This document shows positions 63,399-64,000 of a DNA stretch of 64,000 nt, in pieces. Source of the stretch: a virus; the IMG/VR virus record IMGVR_UViG_3300021478_000016, positions 64,001-128,000 of that record. The stretch is one strand, 5' to 3'. The notes under the pieces were generated by a model. The model did not search any database. It worked only from the letters and a program-made list of their open reading frames with translations, and had not been told where the DNA came from. A program made the translations under genes and the position numbers. Numbering within the stretch: the first letter of the stretch is position 1; the number at the start of each line of letters is the position of its first letter.

Positions 63399-63436
63399 GG
63401 CTAAAAGAGAGGCTCCACCATGTGGTAGAGCCTCTT
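63399..63436 (-). terminator. Intrinsic terminator ending TTTTAGCC
   Basis: AGAGGCTCTACCA-CA-TGGTGGAGCCTCT-CTTTTAGCC. Confidence 0.8.
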
Positions 63437-63439
63437 GCG

Positions 63440-63805
63440 TCACGCACCCGGCTGACCTGCCGGCGGCATGGGCGCCGGCGCCATCAGACTGGCGAGCAGC
63501 GACAGCGTGACGAACCCGGTCGCGACCACGAGGATGACCGCGCCGCCGACGACCAGGACGTCCAGCGCCTGGCCCCAGCGGTTCGCCTCGATGAGGTCGA
63601 GCCGGACGATGTCCGCGATGAGCCGCTCCTGGTCGGACGACGAGAGCTGCTCCATGTTCTTGATGGTCTGGATGTCCCGCAGCGCGGACTTGCTGAGGAC
63701 GGGCGCGGCGCCGGTCGGCTTGGTGTAGACCTCGGGTTGGTCGGCGTGGCGCTCGACGTGACGGTGCTCGGAACGATCGGTGGTGTGCTGAGTTTCTGCG
63801 GCCAT
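63440..63805 (-). CDS. Hypothetical membrane protein (C-terminal TM); an in-frame upstream start is possible
   Basis: GGAGGCAAT SD before the ATG at 63805; hydrophobic VLVVGGAVILVVATGFVTLSLL. Confidence 0.65.
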   Translation of the reverse strand: MAAETQHTTDRSEHRHVERHADQPEVYTKPTGAAPVLSKSALRDIQTIKNMEQLSSSDQERLIADIVRLDLIEANRWGQALDVLVVGGAVILVVATGFVTLSLLASLMAPAPMPPAGQPGA

Positions 63806-63847
63806 GATGATTGCCTCCATGGGGGTTGTATGATCCCCGTTACCGGT

Positions 63848-63855
63848 CTTATCCC
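63848..63855 (-). promoter_or_regulatory. GGnATAAG promoter-like motif
   Basis: GGGATAAG upstream of 63805. Confidence 0.6.
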
Positions 63856-64000
63856 GGGTTGTGCTGGGATCTTGCCGATTCTGGGTCCTGTGACGTGGTT
63901 TGATGCCCGCCAGTTGCTCCACTGACGGGGGTTTGATGCCGTGCGGCATGCCTCCTCCGTGATACGTAGTGCAGTTCATCTCTATTATCCCTCGATCACC

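Noticed and set aside
59464-63855. CRISPR array or attC-like repeats
   Set aside because: The repeats are short, irregularly spaced and explained as terminator, promoter and SD elements. No cas or integrase gene is in the window.
1-64000. Stop-codon reassignment as seen in some large phages
   Set aside because: Genes are full length under the standard code; TGA, TAG and TAA all end genes with tight coupling.

Overview
This window is part of a large, GC-rich (about 60-65% by eye) contractile-tailed dsDNA phage genome, not a bacterial chromosome. (1) A 2131-aa single-chain fusion of bacterial-type RNA polymerase beta and beta' subunits (1968-8363). It has an intact NADFDGD catalytic motif, lacks the beta' N-terminal zinc ribbon and has a rewritten rifampicin pocket. 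(2) A roughly 32-kb virion morphogenesis block (8373-40000) encoding a baseplate spike-like protein, terminase large subunit, prohead protease, major capsid protein, neck, sheath and tube. About a dozen head-region proteins are studded with a K-x-A motif, which looks like the recognition site of a protease system releasing glycine-zipper modules and a ferritin-like domain. (3) Accessory genes: phosphatase, nucleotidase, peptidoglycan hydrolases and proteases, GroES, GNAT, many small CxxC proteins, three HNH/EndoVII endonucleases, and a tail-chaperone-type -1 frameshift gene that the ORF track misses. (4) A right-hand, mostly minus-strand region built from repeated cassettes: a hairpin-TTTTAGCC terminator, a GGnATAAG-N6 promoter-like motif and a GGAGG(C/T)AAC leader. 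It also holds a candidate 85-nt structured RNA carrying the exact antisense of that leader. No tRNA, rRNA or CRISPR array was seen. All product calls come from motifs recognised by eye; no searches were run.
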